Source of the DNA: Thraustochytrium aureum
Taxonomy: Eukaryota
Reading direction: 5' to 3'
DNA length: 64,000 nt
Assembly (NCBI GenBank): GCA_012862495.1
Contig: BLSG01000231.1
Coordinates: 12,377-76,376 of the forward strand
Below, in pieces: positions 10,401 to 23,624 of the stretch (positions within the stretch are counted from its first letter, which is position 1; each line of letters starts with the position of its first letter). The translations under genes and the position numbers were made by a program. Under the pieces are notes generated by a model. It was not told where the DNA came from. It was given only the letters and a program-made list of their open reading frames with translations, and did no database searches.

Positions 10401-13317
10401 CGACTTGCGCTATCAAGTTGACGCGTGATTAACTATGTACAGCGCTGCTCGCGCCTCGACGTTGCCAGCCTACGCTTGGCGCTCGGTCAAGCTGCTGCTC
10501 TATACACGTTTTGAATGTGCTCTGCGAGGGGTCATTCAGGGTCTGGCAAGGAGGTCTTTCAATGAGGTCGCTTGGTTGTTTGGTCGTATAGCGCGCTCAT
10601 AACCGCCTCAAAGTGAAAGATTCCGGCAACCGATTCACCCGGCGACGGGTGCGACCTGCTCCTTGTCCATCCAGCCCTGCTCTGCCGATTTCCCCCGAGC
10701 CTAGCCGCCTCGTTTTGGTTCCTGCGCCCATCGGATCTCTTCTCTTGACTCTGGTTTGGGCTGGGCTGCAAAGGGTCGAGCGTCAAAGTCACAGGACAAA
10801 GATGGGTGGGCTCCTTTCCTTGGTTGGGCCAATGACAGGATGGGCCGAATTCTGTCCCAATCAGCAGACACTAGAGGAGCAGGACCCTCCGTCCACCTGC
10901 CTCCTCCAGTCTTTCGTCTGTAGCCGACCGTCAAAGTCTCTGTCTCGTCCCTTGCACGGGTCTCCTCGCGAGAAACAATTTAAATCCCCTTTGGTCCCCA
11001 GCGCCGAGCACAGGAGAGAGGGGCCCACGAGGGCCACGACCCACTTGGACCACTTCGCACCTCCACAATCGTAGGAAAGCAACGCAACAACAGAGACTTT
11101 TTGGAAAACGAAAGACGAGGAAACGAAACGAGGCAAACGAAAGAATCGGCGCGAAATACCAGCGCGCGACAGAAGCCGCCCCAGTGGACCTTCGAGGTTG
11201 CCGATTGGACTGCGCCACATCCATCGCAGCCCGAGTCATGTCAGGTCAGATCAATGAAGATGGCTTTCGTCCCAGTCTAATCGTCCCAGTAGACTGCTGT
11301 GGCAGATCGAGCAGGTCGAATTCATTTCCCGACAGCAAGGTGGATTTTGAACACCCTTGCTGAAGGGACGGGACTCGGGAGCGAGCGTCAATCGGACATC
11401 CGCGCGTGCAAAACCCGAGCCAGGCCCAATATTTGCTGTAAGCCGACGGCCTTCAGGAGTGCTGTANNNNNNNNNNNNNNNNNNNNNNNNNNNNNNNNNN
11501 NNNNNNNNNNNNNNNNNNNNNNNNNNNNNNNNNNNNNNNNNNNNNNNNNNNNNNNNNNNNNNNNNNNNNNNNNNNNNNNNNNNNNNNNNNNNNNNNNNNN
11601 NNNNNNNNNNNNNNNNNNNNNNNNNNNNNNNNNNNNNNNNNNNNNNNNNNNNNNNNNNNNNNNNNNNNNNNNNNNNNNNNNNNNNNNNNNNNNNNNNNNN
11701 NNNNNNNNNNNNNNNNNNNNNNNNNNNNNNNNNNNNNNNNNNNNNNNNNNNNNNNNNNNNNNNNNNNNNNNNNNNNNNNNNNNNNNNNNNNNNNNNNNNN
11801 NNNNNNNNNNNNNNNNNNNNNNNNNNNNNNNNNNNNNNNNNNNNNNNNNNNNNNNNNNNNNNNNNNNNNNNNNNNNNNNNNNNNNNNNNNNNNNNNNNNN
11901 NNNNNNNNNNNNNNNNNNNNNNNNNNNNNNNNNNNNNNNNNNNNNNNNNNNNNNNNNNNNNNNNNNNNNNNNNNNNNNNNNNNNNNNNNNNNNNNNNNNN
12001 NNNNNNNNNNNNNNNNNNNNNNNNNNNNNNNNNNNNNNNNNNNNNNNNNNNNNNNNNNNNNNNNNNNNNNNNNNNNNNNNNNNNNNNNNNNNNNNNNNNN
12101 NNNNNNNNNNNNNNNNNNNNNNNNNNNNNNNNNNNNNNNNNNNNNNNNNNNNNNNNNNNNNNNNNNNNNNNNNNNNNNNNNNNNNNNNNNNNNNNNNNNN
12201 NNNNNNNNNNNNNNNNNNNNNNATCCATGGCAAAAGCGCTGGAGTAGTCAGGCGTGCCGCAATGCGGCAACACGGCGCGAAATGACAAGCGACCCGAGAG
12301 CGACTGCGAGGCGCCGGCGCACCAACGCCCGTCGATTCGATTCCCGCCAAGGACCGAAAAGCACATTGGCGGCTGTAGATCACTTTGCGAGCCTCCACCG
12401 CCGAACGAGCCTAGGGCTGCCTCTCAGCTGCCAGGGACTGACGGTGGCTCGGCTCACGTGTTGGCAAGGATTCTGTTGCACGGCACAGCCGCTCAATATC
12501 GGAGACAGCAGGCCGTCTGCCGCTGCGGCACGCCCATCCTAGAGCTTTGAAACTCATCAAATCCAAACCTCGCTCGGTGGGGCTCTGAGATCGTCGTGCA
12601 CGAAGTGCCACGAACACAACCCCGTGCCCGACACAGGCCTGATGCACATCGGACCCACACAAAAATCTCACTGCCCAAGGTGAGAAGTCTGGATGTGCCG
12701 TGCCGCCCGCGCCCGGCCACCACCGCGCCAGCATGCTCGCGAGAGAACGATGGAGGGTAGGGAGTGAGGGAGCCTCAGGGAGCCTGCCTCCACGATCTTC
12801 AGGCAGCTCTGTCACGATCGGGCGCGCGTGGGCTGTTGCCAGGTCCAAGTTTGTGGCTTCACGCGAAGATGTCTCTTGTCCATTCTACTACATTCAGAAC
12901 AGAGCCCAAACCGAAGCAGACACCGGAGCATCACAGTGAGCATCAACCCGACAGCGTCGCCAACAGCGCCGCCGTGACCAATCGGCACAGGCGCAGGAGC
13001 AGCGTATTCACGCAGCGGGTTTGCTGTTCGCTCGTCAGGCAGGCCCTTGGTCGCGCAGCGCGAGGCGGCCTTGGACCGGTATTGTCGGCCAGGTTGACGA
13101 CAAGTCGTTGACCCGCGACCTGGAGACCTCTTGGTTACCCAGTGCGTTCGTGAGCGCGCAGGGCCTGCAAGCAACGGGGCGGGCTGTGCACGGCTAGAGG
13201 CGCGCACTGGGCGCGGGCTGCCGCGGCGGAGGGAGTTCTCTCGCTCGCGCGAATCGCTTGCGCGAATCGCTTGCGCACCGGGACACAAAAAACAAAAAAG
13301 CTCGAGTCGAGGCGAAA

Positions 13318-14731
13318 ATGATGTCGAGGGTCGCGGCGAGCGGCGCGCGCGCCANNNNNNNNNNNNNNNNNNNNNNNNNNNNNNNNNNNNNNNNNNNNNN
13401 NNNNNNNNNNNNNNNNNNNNNNNNNNNNNNNNNNNNNNNNNNNNNNNNNNNNNNNNNNNNNNNNNNNNNNNNNNNNNNNNNNNNNNNNNNNNNNNNNNNN
13501 NNNNNNNNNNNNNNNNNNNNNNNNNNNNNNNNNNNNNNNNNNNNNNNNNNNNNNNNNNNNNNNNNNNNNNNNNNNNNNNNNNNNNNNNNNNNNNNNNNNN
13601 NNNNNNNNNNNNNNNNNNNNNNNNNNNNNNNNNNNNNNNNNNNNNNNNNNNNNNNNNNNNNNNNNNNNNNNNNNNNNNNNNNNNNNNNNNNNNNNNNNNN
13701 NNCAAAAGGTTTCAAGAACATGGTGCAGCTGCAAGTCATGGACCACGTCCTGTACGAGGCGCAGCGGCAGGGCCGCATCTCGTTCTACATGCAAACCAAC
13801 GGCGAGGAGGCGGTCAACATTGGCAGCGCCGCTGGGCTCCGGGCGGACGACACGGTCTTTGGGCAGTACCGCGAGGCGGGCGTTCTGCTGTGGCGCGGGT
13901 TCACCCTCCAAAACTTTGCCGACCAGTGCTTCAGCAACCGCGACGATCCAGGCCGCGGCAGGCAGATGCCGATCCACTACGGCTCCAAGGAGCTCAACTT
14001 TCACACGATCAGCAGCCCGCTCACGACGCAGCTGCCGCAGGCGGTGGGCGCGGCGTATGCCTGCAAGGACCAGGGCGAGGAGGGCGCCATCGCGGCGACC
14101 TACTTTGGTGAAGGGGCTGCTAGCGAGGGCGACTTCCACGCGGCGATGAACTTCGCCGCCACGCTCGAGTGCCCCCATCCTCTTCATCTGCCGCAACAAC
14201 CAGTACGCAATCAGCACGCCCATCGAGGACCAGTACCGCGGCGACGGCATCATCAGCCGCGCCGCCGGCTACGGCATGGCGTCCGTCCGGGTGGATGGCA
14301 ACGACGTGCTCGCCGTCTACCATGCCGTTTCAGAGGCGCGCAAGTACGCACGCACGCAGAACCGGCCCGTGCTTCTCGAGCTCATGACATACCGTATCGG
14401 CCACCACTCGACCTCCGACGACTCGACCGCGTACCGTTCGATCGGCGAGATCGAGTCTTGGCAGAAAAAGGCGCACCCGATCCCGAGGTTTCGCTCCTTC
14501 CTGGAGCACCGCGAAATGTGGTCGCAAGAGCAAGAGGACGCGTTTCGCGACGAGGCTCGCAAGGGCGTTCTGTCGGCTATGATGCTCGCCGAGGACAAGG
14601 ACAAGCCCGAGGCGCTCAGCAACTTGTTTGCCGACGTTTATGACGATATCCCGCCCAACCTCAAGGAGCAACAGGCCGAGCTCGAGGGCCTCATGGCAAA
14701 GTACCCCAAGCACTACACGACGCTCTACTGA
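13318..14731 (+). CDS. BCKDHA: Branched-chain 2-oxoacid dehydrogenase E1 alpha, mitochondrial (gap inside; frameshift ~14172)
   Basis: [81 protein letters not shown]. Confidence 0.95.
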
Positions 14732-15421
14732 GCGAGCAGGCTGTGCGGTTCCAGACAGAGGGGCCTCGCTCTGGCGACGTGGCAGCGTTGCTCTGTCGAC
14801 GCAGCTGAGTCCAGCTCCACGCCGGTGTCCCGCCACTGCCACAATTGGGCCGGCCCCCAGAGGGTTCATGTTAAGGGGACCGAAAGGCTAACGAAAGAGT
14901 TGCGAACAGTTACTTCTGCTCGTGTTTTTTTCTTGTTGAAAATAGTGGTTTGCAGTCCGCAGGCGGCCGAGCGGGCACTGGACTGGGCNNNNNNNNNNNN
15001 NNNNNNNNNNNNNNNNNNNNNNNNNNNNNNNNNNNNNNNNNNNNNNNNNNNNNNNNNNNNNNNNNNNNNNNNNNNNNNNNNNNNNNNNNNNNNNNNNNNN
15101 NNNNNNNNNNNNNNNNNNNNNNNNNNNNNNNNNNNNNNNNNNNNNNNNNNNNNNNNNNNNNNNNNNNNNNNNNNNNNNNNNNNNNNNNNNNNNNNNNNNN
15201 NNNNNNNNNNNNNNNNNNNNNNNNNNNNNNNNNNNNNNNNNNNNNNNNNNNNNNNNNNNNNNNNNNNNNNNNNNNNNNNNNCCGTTGCTTCGCTCTTTGG
15301 CCCACGTTGCTTCGCTGTTACCCCCCGTTACTTGCAAATCCAAATCGCCGCCACATCCCGGGTTGCAACAAATCAATCACAATTGCAGAGGCGCTCAAAA
15401 CTGGCGGCGGAAGGCCACAGG

Positions 15422-16946
15422 CTAAGAACGATCGACCCCATAGCGCTCGCGGTAGGCGCGGACCGCCGCGAGGACCGACTCGTCCACGCCGCCAGTGCCC
15501 GCCTGAAGGTACGCCAGGGAGGTCGTCGAGGGCGACGATGGGGAACACGTCGAATCCAAACTCGGCCTTGACAGACTGGATCGCGCTCGTGGCGTCCGGC
15601 TCGTCGTTCGTCTTTTCCTGGCGGTCAAGCGCGATCACGACCCCGGCCACCGTCGCGTTTTGCGTGGCCAGCAGCTGGATGCTCTCCCGAATTGCGGTGC
15701 CGGCGGTGATAACGTCGTCGACGACGAGCACGCGCTTGTCCTTGACCGAGGCGCCGACCAGCACGCCGCCCTCGCCGTGGTCCTTGGCCTCCTTTCGGTT
15801 GTACGCGAAGGGCACGTCCCGGCCGTGGTCGCGGTGGAGCGACATCGCGATAACGGCACCTAGGGGGATGCCCTTGTACGCAGGGCCAAAGAGCACGTCA
15901 AACTCGACCTTGCTGTCGATGATGCACTGGGCATAGTACCGGCCGAGCCCGTCCAGCGCCGAGCCTGTGCTGAACAGGCCCGCGTTGAAAAAGTAAGGGC
16001 TCAGGCGGCCCGACTTGAGCGTAAATTCGCCGAACCGCAGCACGCCGCACTTGACGGCGAGCGCAAAGAACTCGCGTTGGTGCGGAGCCAGCTCGCGCCC
16101 AGAGGCGGCCGCGCCGATGGAGTTGCCCCGAGCACGGACCCCGTTGATTGCAACCCGGAATCCCTCAGCAGCAGCTCCAGGGTCATCCGCGCGTGAAATG
16201 CCCCGCGAAATTGGTACCAAGAGCCCCATGCCGTCCTCGCGCAGCCCGGCTGCTGCCGCCGCTTCGAGGTCGCCCCCCTGGAAGCCGACGCCGGGGGCCA
16301 GGGATCCACAGCGCAGGCGCAGCAGCGCGCGCGCGCCTCAATGCTTCAACGTCGGTGGCGCCCACGACGAGACCGACGTTGTTGTTGGTGTTCCACTCGG
16401 CGCACTTGCGCGCAACTTTCTCGTACAGCATGCCGCCCTCGCAAAGCTGTGCGGTCTCAAAGTCTTCTGAGCTCGGGTTGGATGTCTTGCACAGCACGAA
16501 CGCGCCGCGTTCAGGGTACTCGGACACGAACGGGCCTACCGAGTCAAACCCCATGTACGGGTGGAGCGTGTTGCAGGTCGCGTTGAGTTTGTCGAACGCC
16601 GCGACCGCGTAAGCGGTCGCCGTCGTGCTAATGTCACCGCGCTTGGCGTCCAGCACGACAGGGATGCTTTTGGCACGCTCCTGATCACCTTGTCCAGCGC
16701 CGCAAACCCTTCCTGCCCCGAGCGCCTCAAAGAACGCAGCGTTCGGCTTGTACGCGGCGGCGACGGCCTTGGTCTGTTCCACCAGCTCCACGCACAGCTC
16801 AGCGGCCGCCTCCGCATCGCTGCACCCTTTTCCCCGGAGCGTTCCTTCCACGCCTTCACATCCGCCTCATGCGGGTCGAGCCCGACGCAAACCAGCGAGT
16901 CGACGGCCTTGACGCGCTCTTCAAGCGCTCCAAAAAACCCTTTCAT
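15422..16946 (-). CDS. UMPS: Bifunctional UMP synthase with inverted order OMPDC (N-term)-OPRT (C-term); ~5 apparent frameshifts
   Basis: OMPDC motifs [56 protein letters not shown] run into OPRT motifs [46 protein letters not shown]. Confidence 0.92.
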
Positions 16947-17114
16947 CCCTCCAAAAACCTCAAACCGCGCCAGGCCAAAACGCGCGCCGCGACACAGACA
17001 GACGAAAGAACGCCGACGACGCTGCCTTCCTGCGAGCCGCACTGCTCGATGAGCTCGAGTCCGCTCTCCACGGGCACGTTCTCCGCCTCGCGTTGCAACG
17101 GCAAGTTGCGTGTC

Positions 17115-17195
17115 TGCCTGCCCGCCTGCCTGCCTGCTTGTCCTTCCCTGCCTGCCTGCCTGCCTGCCTGCCTGCTTGCCTGCCTGCTTGCCTGT
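17115..17195. repeat. (GCCT)n tetranucleotide microsatellite
   Basis: Imperfect TGCC/TGCT run upstream of UMPS. Confidence 0.9.
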
Positions 17196-17219
17196 CTGTC
17201 GGTCGTCTCACCAGTGGAT

Positions 17220-17382
17220 CAGAACAGAATGAACAGAATGAACAGAACGAACAGAAGGAACAGAATGAACACAGAATAAACATAGTGAACAAAATGAACA
17301 CAAAATGAACACAGAATGAACAGAATGAACAGAATGAACAGAATGAACACAGAATGAACAGAATGAACACAGAATGAACAGA
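17220..17382. repeat. 9/11-bp tandem repeat (GAACAGAAT / GAACACAGAAT)
   Basis: Roughly 15 imperfect copies visible directly. Confidence 0.9.
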
Positions 17383-18239
17383 CAAGGATTCTTTGGGCAT
17401 TCGGGGATTCTCTAGTATCTACCGGTAAAGGTAAAANNNNNNNNNNNNNNNNNNNNNNNNNNNNNNNNNNNNNNNNNNNNNNNNNNNNNNNNNNNNNNNN
17501 NNNNNNNNNNNNNNNNNNNNNNNNNNNNNNNNNNNNNNNNNNNNNNNNNNNNNNNNNNNNNNNNNNNNNNNNNNNNNNNNNNNNNNNNNNNNNNNNNNNN
17601 NNNNNNNNNNNNNNNNNNNNNNNNNNNNNNNNNNNNNNNNNNNNNNNNNNNNNNNNNNNNNNNNNNNNNNNNNNTGTGAACTGCGAGGGCTCATTGTGGG
17701 CTTTGCGTTGTTTCGGGGTTTGTTGCAATGGCCGGTTGGGGGTAGAGGGATATAAGTCAATGCGAAGAGGAGAGTCCGGGGGGCGCCTAGGGAGTCTGTG
17801 CCAAGTATAGGCAACATGGTGGGAATGTGCTTGTTGTTGCAGAGGTTGGTTGGGACGGGACAGGGGGGCATTTTCCGGTTTGGGGCGGGTGGCAGGGGGT
17901 GATGGGTTAGGGTTGGGGTGGGGATGGTTAGGTTCTGTTGGGTGGGTTGGGGTCGTCGACGTTGCGTGCGTGTGGGGGTGTGGCGGCAGAGCTGGAGCAG
18001 CAGAGCGCGGCGCGGCGAGGCAGGGCGGCGGCGTGGCGCGTGGCGCAGTTGCTTGCGGGAGACGTGGTGTGCCGGAGCGGCTGGCGGCCGGCGCGCTGAA
18101 GAAGGAAAATCGGCTGAATTTGGGTGATTTGGGCGGATTTGGGCGGGTTTGGGCTGATTTGGGCGGACCTGCGCGGGTTTTCGTGCGGAAGCGGTCGATG
18201 GCGATGGGAGAGGGCGGGGACTAGGTGCTCGGGAAGAGG

Positions 18240-21200
18240 ATGGCGAAAAGGTTGTCGGCGACGGCGTTCTGGGGACGATGCGTGCGCCGACACGGGGCCG
18301 GCGGCGGCCCGCGTCCACGATGGCCGGCGAAGCCGAGAGGGTCCGCGACGCAGTGCGCGTCTCGCAGTTGATACAGGCGTACAAATCGCATGGACACCTG
18401 ATCGCACAGATCGACCCGTTAGAGATTGCGGTGGACGACCCGCTGAGAGCGCCGTTCTACCTTCAGGACGTCCCCGTGCTGCAGCCAGAGACGTTTGGGC
18501 TTCGCTGCGACGAAACAACACTCGCGAAATCGTTTTGGGTCGGCGACAGCTTGGCGCCGCTCCTCCCAGGGCCAGAGCACCGGTTGGAAGACATCTTGAG
18601 AACACTGAAGAAGGCATACTGCGGCAGAATAGGAACGCAGTTCGCTCATGTGACGCGGCCAGACTGCAGAGATTGGCTTGGGCGGCGCGTGCTCGAGCAC
18701 GCGGCACACGAGTGGCCCGCTCAAAGCAAGCGCCTGTTTCTGGAAAAGGTGGCGCAGGCCACCTACTTTGAAGAGTTTTTCGGGGCGCGCCTCTCGGGCG
18801 CAAAGCGGTTCTCCCTCGAAGGCTGCGAGTCGCTCATCCCTGGCCTCGAGACGCTCTTCTCGCGGAGCGCCGAGCTCGGCATCGAGTCGATCGAGATGGG
18901 CATGGCTCACCGAGGAAGGCTCAACGTCCTGAAAAACGTGCTCAACGTCCCGCTCGGAGCCCTCTTGTACAGATTTCAGCCGTACCTGCCGGACGACAAC
19001 GAGCACCCCAACAACTCGGACGACGTGCGATATCACCTGGGCACCTCGGTGGTCCGGCATTTTGGGGACAAGCCCCTGCGCATCTCCCTGGCTGCCAACC
19101 CCTCGCACCTGGAGGCCATAAACAGCGTCGTGCTCGGCAAGACTCGCGCCCGGCAGTTTCTCATACGCGGGAACACAATCGAAGACGACTCTGGTGCCGT
19201 GCACGTCTCGGCAACCCCAAAGCGCGGCTCGGTGGACTACAGTCCCAGCGACTCGGCCAAGCGGGAGGCCATGGCGGTGCTCTTGCACGGGGACGCCTCG
19301 TTCTTCCAAGGCAGCGTGCGCGAGGTCCTCGGCTTCAGCAACCTGCGCGACTACACGACCGGCGGCACCGTGCACATCCTGGTCAACAACCAGATTGGGT
19401 TTACGACGCTCCCAAAGGAATCGCACTCGTCCATCTACTGCTCTGACGTGGCGCTCTCCATCGGCGCGCCCATCTTCCACGTGAACGGCAACTACCCGGA
19501 AGACGTCGCTCTGGCCTGCAGGACCGCAGTGGAGTACCGCCAAGAGTTTGGCCGCGACTGCGTTGTCAACATCTGGGGCTACAGGCGCCATGGCCACAAC
19601 GAGCAGGACGACCCAAAGCTGACGCAGCCAATTATGTACTCGCGCATCGAGCGCATGCCCCGGCTCTGCGACGAGTACGCCGACCGACTCTTGGCCCAAG
19701 GCGTCGTCAGCGACAAGCAGGCCCTCAAGGACCTCAAGGCGAGGCTCACGCTAGAGTACGCCGGCCCAGAGGCCGCACAAGCCGCAGATCCCGCGGAAAA
19801 GTCCCCCGAAAAGCAAGGGCAGTCCCAAGAGGTCATGCTGTGGAACGAACTCGGGGCACTGCNNNNNNNNNNNNNNNNNNNNNNNNNNNNNNNNNNNNNN
19901 NNNNNNNNNNNNNNNNNNNNNNNNNNNNNNNNNNNNNNNNNNNNNNNNNNNNNNNNNNNNNNNNNNNNNNNNNNNNNNNNNNNNNNNNNNNNNNNNNNNN
20001 NNNNNNNNNNNNNNNNNNNNNNNNNNNNNNNNNNNNNNNNNNNNNNNNNNNNNNNNNNNNNNNNNNNNNNNNNNNNNNNNNNNNNNNNNNNNNNNNNNNN
20101 NNNNNNNNNNNNNNNNNNNNNNNNNNNNNNNNNNNNNNNNNNNNNNNNNNNNCGCGGTCTCGGGCTCGTCAACGCCTCGCGTCGCTGCCGTTCCCACCTA
20201 CGCGTTCCCGTCTGTGCAAGAGGGCAAAGATCGGCATCTCAAGTCGGCGCGACAGCACGTCGACCCAACCGCGCTACCGGCCTGGGACGATCTCGCGACG
20301 CCCACCCACGATGGTGGAGGCGACGACGAGTCCGGAGGCGACGACGGCGGTATGTACGCCGGCCATTACTCGTTCAAGAGCGACGAGCAAATCGCGAACG
20401 AAACGAGGCTCGCGCGAGAGGGAGAGCCGGGCCTTTTCCCTGACGCTGCGGGCGAGCGGTCCATTCAAGTTGCCCTCGATCGCATCAAGAGCGGCGTCGT
20501 GCAGCGGGCCAAGCAACGCCGCGACTCGCGGCGCGTCTTGCGCTGGCGCGAGCCGCACGAGTACAGCCCAGAACTCGGCGAGATGGAGGTCTGCAACAGC
20601 CCGCTGAGCGAGGAGGCCGTGCTCGGCTTTGAGCACGGGTACTCGCTCTATTCGCCAAACATCATGCCCATCTGGGAGGCGCAGTTTGGGGACTTTAGCA
20701 ACTGTGCGCAGACCGTGATCGACACGTTCATCGCCAGCGGCGAAGACAAGTGGGTCAGGTCGTCGGGTCTCGTCATGCTCCTTCCGCACGGGTACGACGG
20801 CCAGGGCCCCGACCACAGCTCGGCCCACGTGGAGCGGTTCTTGCAGCTGTGCGCCGAGTCCGACGAGCCGAACCCGTTCCCGGGAACCCGTGCCAAGGAG
20901 AGCCAGGCCCTGGGGCTCGCCAACATGCACGTGCTAAACTTGTCGACGCCCGCGCAGTACTTTCACGCGCTGCGTCGTCACATGCTCTTGCCGATCCGCA
21001 AGCCGCTGGTCGTCTTCACGCCAAAGTACCTCTTGCACCACAAGCCTTGCTCCTCCGCGCTTGAGGAGCTTGGGCCCAAGTGCTTCTTTCAGCCAGTGCT
21101 TGAGGACCTTGCGCACGAGGGCGCATCCGCCGAGTCTCAAAAGGCGGTTGAGCGCGTCGTGCTCTGCACCGGCAAAATGTACTATCACCTCGCGCACAAG

Positions 21201-21587
21201 CGCAAGGCCTTGGGTCTCGAGGAGCGTGTCGCCCTCATACGCGTCGAGCAGCTCTGCCCCTTTCCGTTCTGGTCCGTGCGCCATACGTTGTCTCCTTACC
21301 TCTGCAACAACGACGTGGACCGTCCCGTCAAGGTCATTTGGGTGCAGGAGGAGCCCCGCAATATGGGCGCCTGGGCGTACGTGGAGCCGCGCATGCGCTG
21401 GGTGCTGGGCAACATGGACCTGTCGGTGGCCAACAGCAAGGCCATGTTTGAGACTTCGCGACGAGCTGTGCACTACATCGGGCGGCCCCCGTCGGCATCG
21501 CCAGCGACCGGCTCGTTTGAACTACACCGCGAGGAGATGGCATCCCTTGTCGCCGCGGTCTTTGAAGGCATGGGCGCGCAGTCGTAG
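18240..21587 (+). CDS. 2-oxoglutarate/2-oxoadipate dehydrogenase E1-family protein (OGDH/DHTKD1-like), divergent; internal gap
   Basis: LIQAYKSHGH..DPL, KRFSLEGCE, GMAHRGRLNVL, DVRYHLG, NPSHLE, LLHGDA, NNQIGFTT, YRRHGHNE, CNSPLSEEAVLGFEHG, WEAQFGDF, LLPHGYDGQGPDHSS, QEEPRNMG. Start uncertain: ATG at 18240 with one indel, or ATG at 18278. Confidence 0.9.
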
Positions 21588-21686
21588 TGCGGCTGCTTTT
21601 CGGCGGTGAGCTTGCTGGCGTCCCCCGAAGAGTAAAAGGAAAGGGGAATAATTTACTCGATGCTCATGTCAATTGATTGATTGAAA

Positions 21687-23624
21687 TCAAGGCCTTCCAG
21701 AGATGCCCATGCTCTCGTTCAATATGTTGCCGAGACCCCAGTTGCAGGGGATCTCAAATGCGAGAAAAATCATGTTTACCGTTGAGAGGAGCGCACCTGT
21801 GCAGAGGTCATCGTCCCGGGGAGTCAGCGCTAAACGTCCATGCGGCGGCTTTGGTTTTCCCGCGGACGACTTCGCTACTTTGCAACTTACCAGCAAGGAC
21901 CAAGCAGCTCATCCAGGTGATCTTGAGCTCTGTGCGGGCGCAGTACACCTTGAAGTGAAAGCACATGCGCAGCTTGATCGTATCGACGATGGCCTCTGTC
22001 GCAAAGACCACTCCGCCTTTCCACAAGAGCGGGACCAGAACCTCGAAGGCGGACGAGGCGTTTTCCCACTCCTCCAGCGACAGCGTCAGAATGGCCGCGA
22101 CCATGATGCCGCAAATGGCAGTGTTCTTCTCGCCAAACTCTTCCGCGCTGATTCGAATGGCGAGGCTCTGCGCGACAGCCTGCTCGAACGGGGGTGTCAG
22201 CACCAAAAGACACGCGACGAGCCGGCCACCCTCCCTCGCTGAGGGCTGACAGAACGTACCTTGTTGCTCTGCGTTCGAGAGATCATCGCCGAGCCCCTGG
22301 CACCGGTGCCCTCGGCGTCCAAAAGATGTGCTGCGATATGGCGGAACTTGTCACCCAAAAAGAAACTCAGCGTCGAGTACATCCCGACGAGCTCGAGCGC
22401 GAACGACATGAGGACCGCCAGCAGGAATGTGGTTTGGTCTTGGATCATGTACAGCCCCACAAAGCCGGGGAGTGACAGAAACGTTTCGACCATGGTGTAC
22501 AACTGGCTCAAGAACGTTGCGAACGCCTCACTGTCGATGTCGGAGCTGACCTTGGTGAGGAGCTTCGAGTTTGCTTTGACGAATGCTTTGCGGAGCGCGA
22601 CTTGAAGAGTGGGAAAGATGCAGCCTGTTAGGAGAACCTCTGCAGCGGTACTCGTCATGGTCGAAACTTGGCGTGTCAGCATGTCGTTCACCTGCGAGTG
22701 CGCTGGCAACGAGATGCCATGGCAAGCAAGAAAAGGAAAAAGAGGCGACCAGAGCAACTTACCCAGAGCAACGTTGTCGAGCGTATAGGCGACAAGCAAA
22801 TAAGTCGTAACTGTCGCGGCGAAAAGAAAGGTGCAGAGAGGGATGAGCGAAATGTGTACCACGAGCAGTGCAAAACGTCGACAAGAGGTTGCGCGCCGCT
22901 TTAGCTGCGTGCGAGCAATATCGGATGTCAAGAGCACTATAAAAGCAATGCCAACGGGCCAACTCCCATAGTGCCCGTCAAAGCCATACTCGGCGATGGC
23001 AATAAAGCCGCCCCACACCACCGTGCTGAAGCCCACCGAAAACAAAAGCCGGTTGAAGGCTCGAGGGTTGAGCGGCTGGACCACCGCATACATGAGCGTG
23101 AACACGGACAGCATGGCTAGCAGGCTTGGAACCGTAGTTTCAAATCCTTTGTAGACAGCGACCCACTCCTCGCACGACATGCTGCCGCGCAAGAGGTTCT
23201 TCTCCTTGAGCGTGCTCTTGCCGATCCGCGCGAGCTCCACGAAGTGCCGAATTGCAGCGCAGAGCACAATAAGGGGCAAAACGACACCACCTTGGATCGC
23301 GATCGCCGCGCCTGTGCGCCGCAGCTGGTGCCAGAGCTGGTCGGCCACGCTCGGAGGGCTCTCGGTCTCCTCGTCTTGATTGCGGGCGACGTACCGGATC
23401 GAGGCATGGTTCCTGATCCTTTGGGGACCCACGCGGTTAAAGCCGTCCGGGCACTTGACCGGCAGCGCCAACCCCTTCACTGTCTGCGAGGCTTGCCCCA
23501 GCACAAATATTGATTGAGCGATTGGGAGCTCGCAGCTCTTTGCCCGACCTGAGCCTGGCTCCGCCAGCGCGTCCTCTGCAGTGGCTGGCCCCGCGTTTGG
23601 GTCGGGGAAGACCACACTGCTCAT
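21687..23624 (-). CDS. Uncharacterised multi-pass membrane protein (apparent frameshifts ~22220 and ~21815)
   Basis: 475-aa ORF with many hydrophobic helices. Hydrophobic coding continues in adjacent frames (SAEEFGEKNTAICGIMVAA..VFATEAIVDTIK; DDDLCTGALLSTVNMIF). Confidence 0.55.

Noticed and set aside
10400..13300. Short ORFs or ncRNA between the sulfotransferase and BCKDHA
   Set aside because: I recognised no protein motif and no tRNA, snRNA or rRNA signature, and a 756-N gap limits interpretation.
15422..16946. UMPS, BCKDHA, LIG1 and Twinkle as pseudogenes or programmed frameshift genes
   Set aside because: Catalytic motifs are intact, there are no in-frame stops, and the indels go in both directions at homopolymers with no common signal, so sequencing error is more parsimonious.
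17900..17935. Telomeric repeat (GGTTAGGG)
   Set aside because: Only one or two isolated units occur, within a general G-rich tract.
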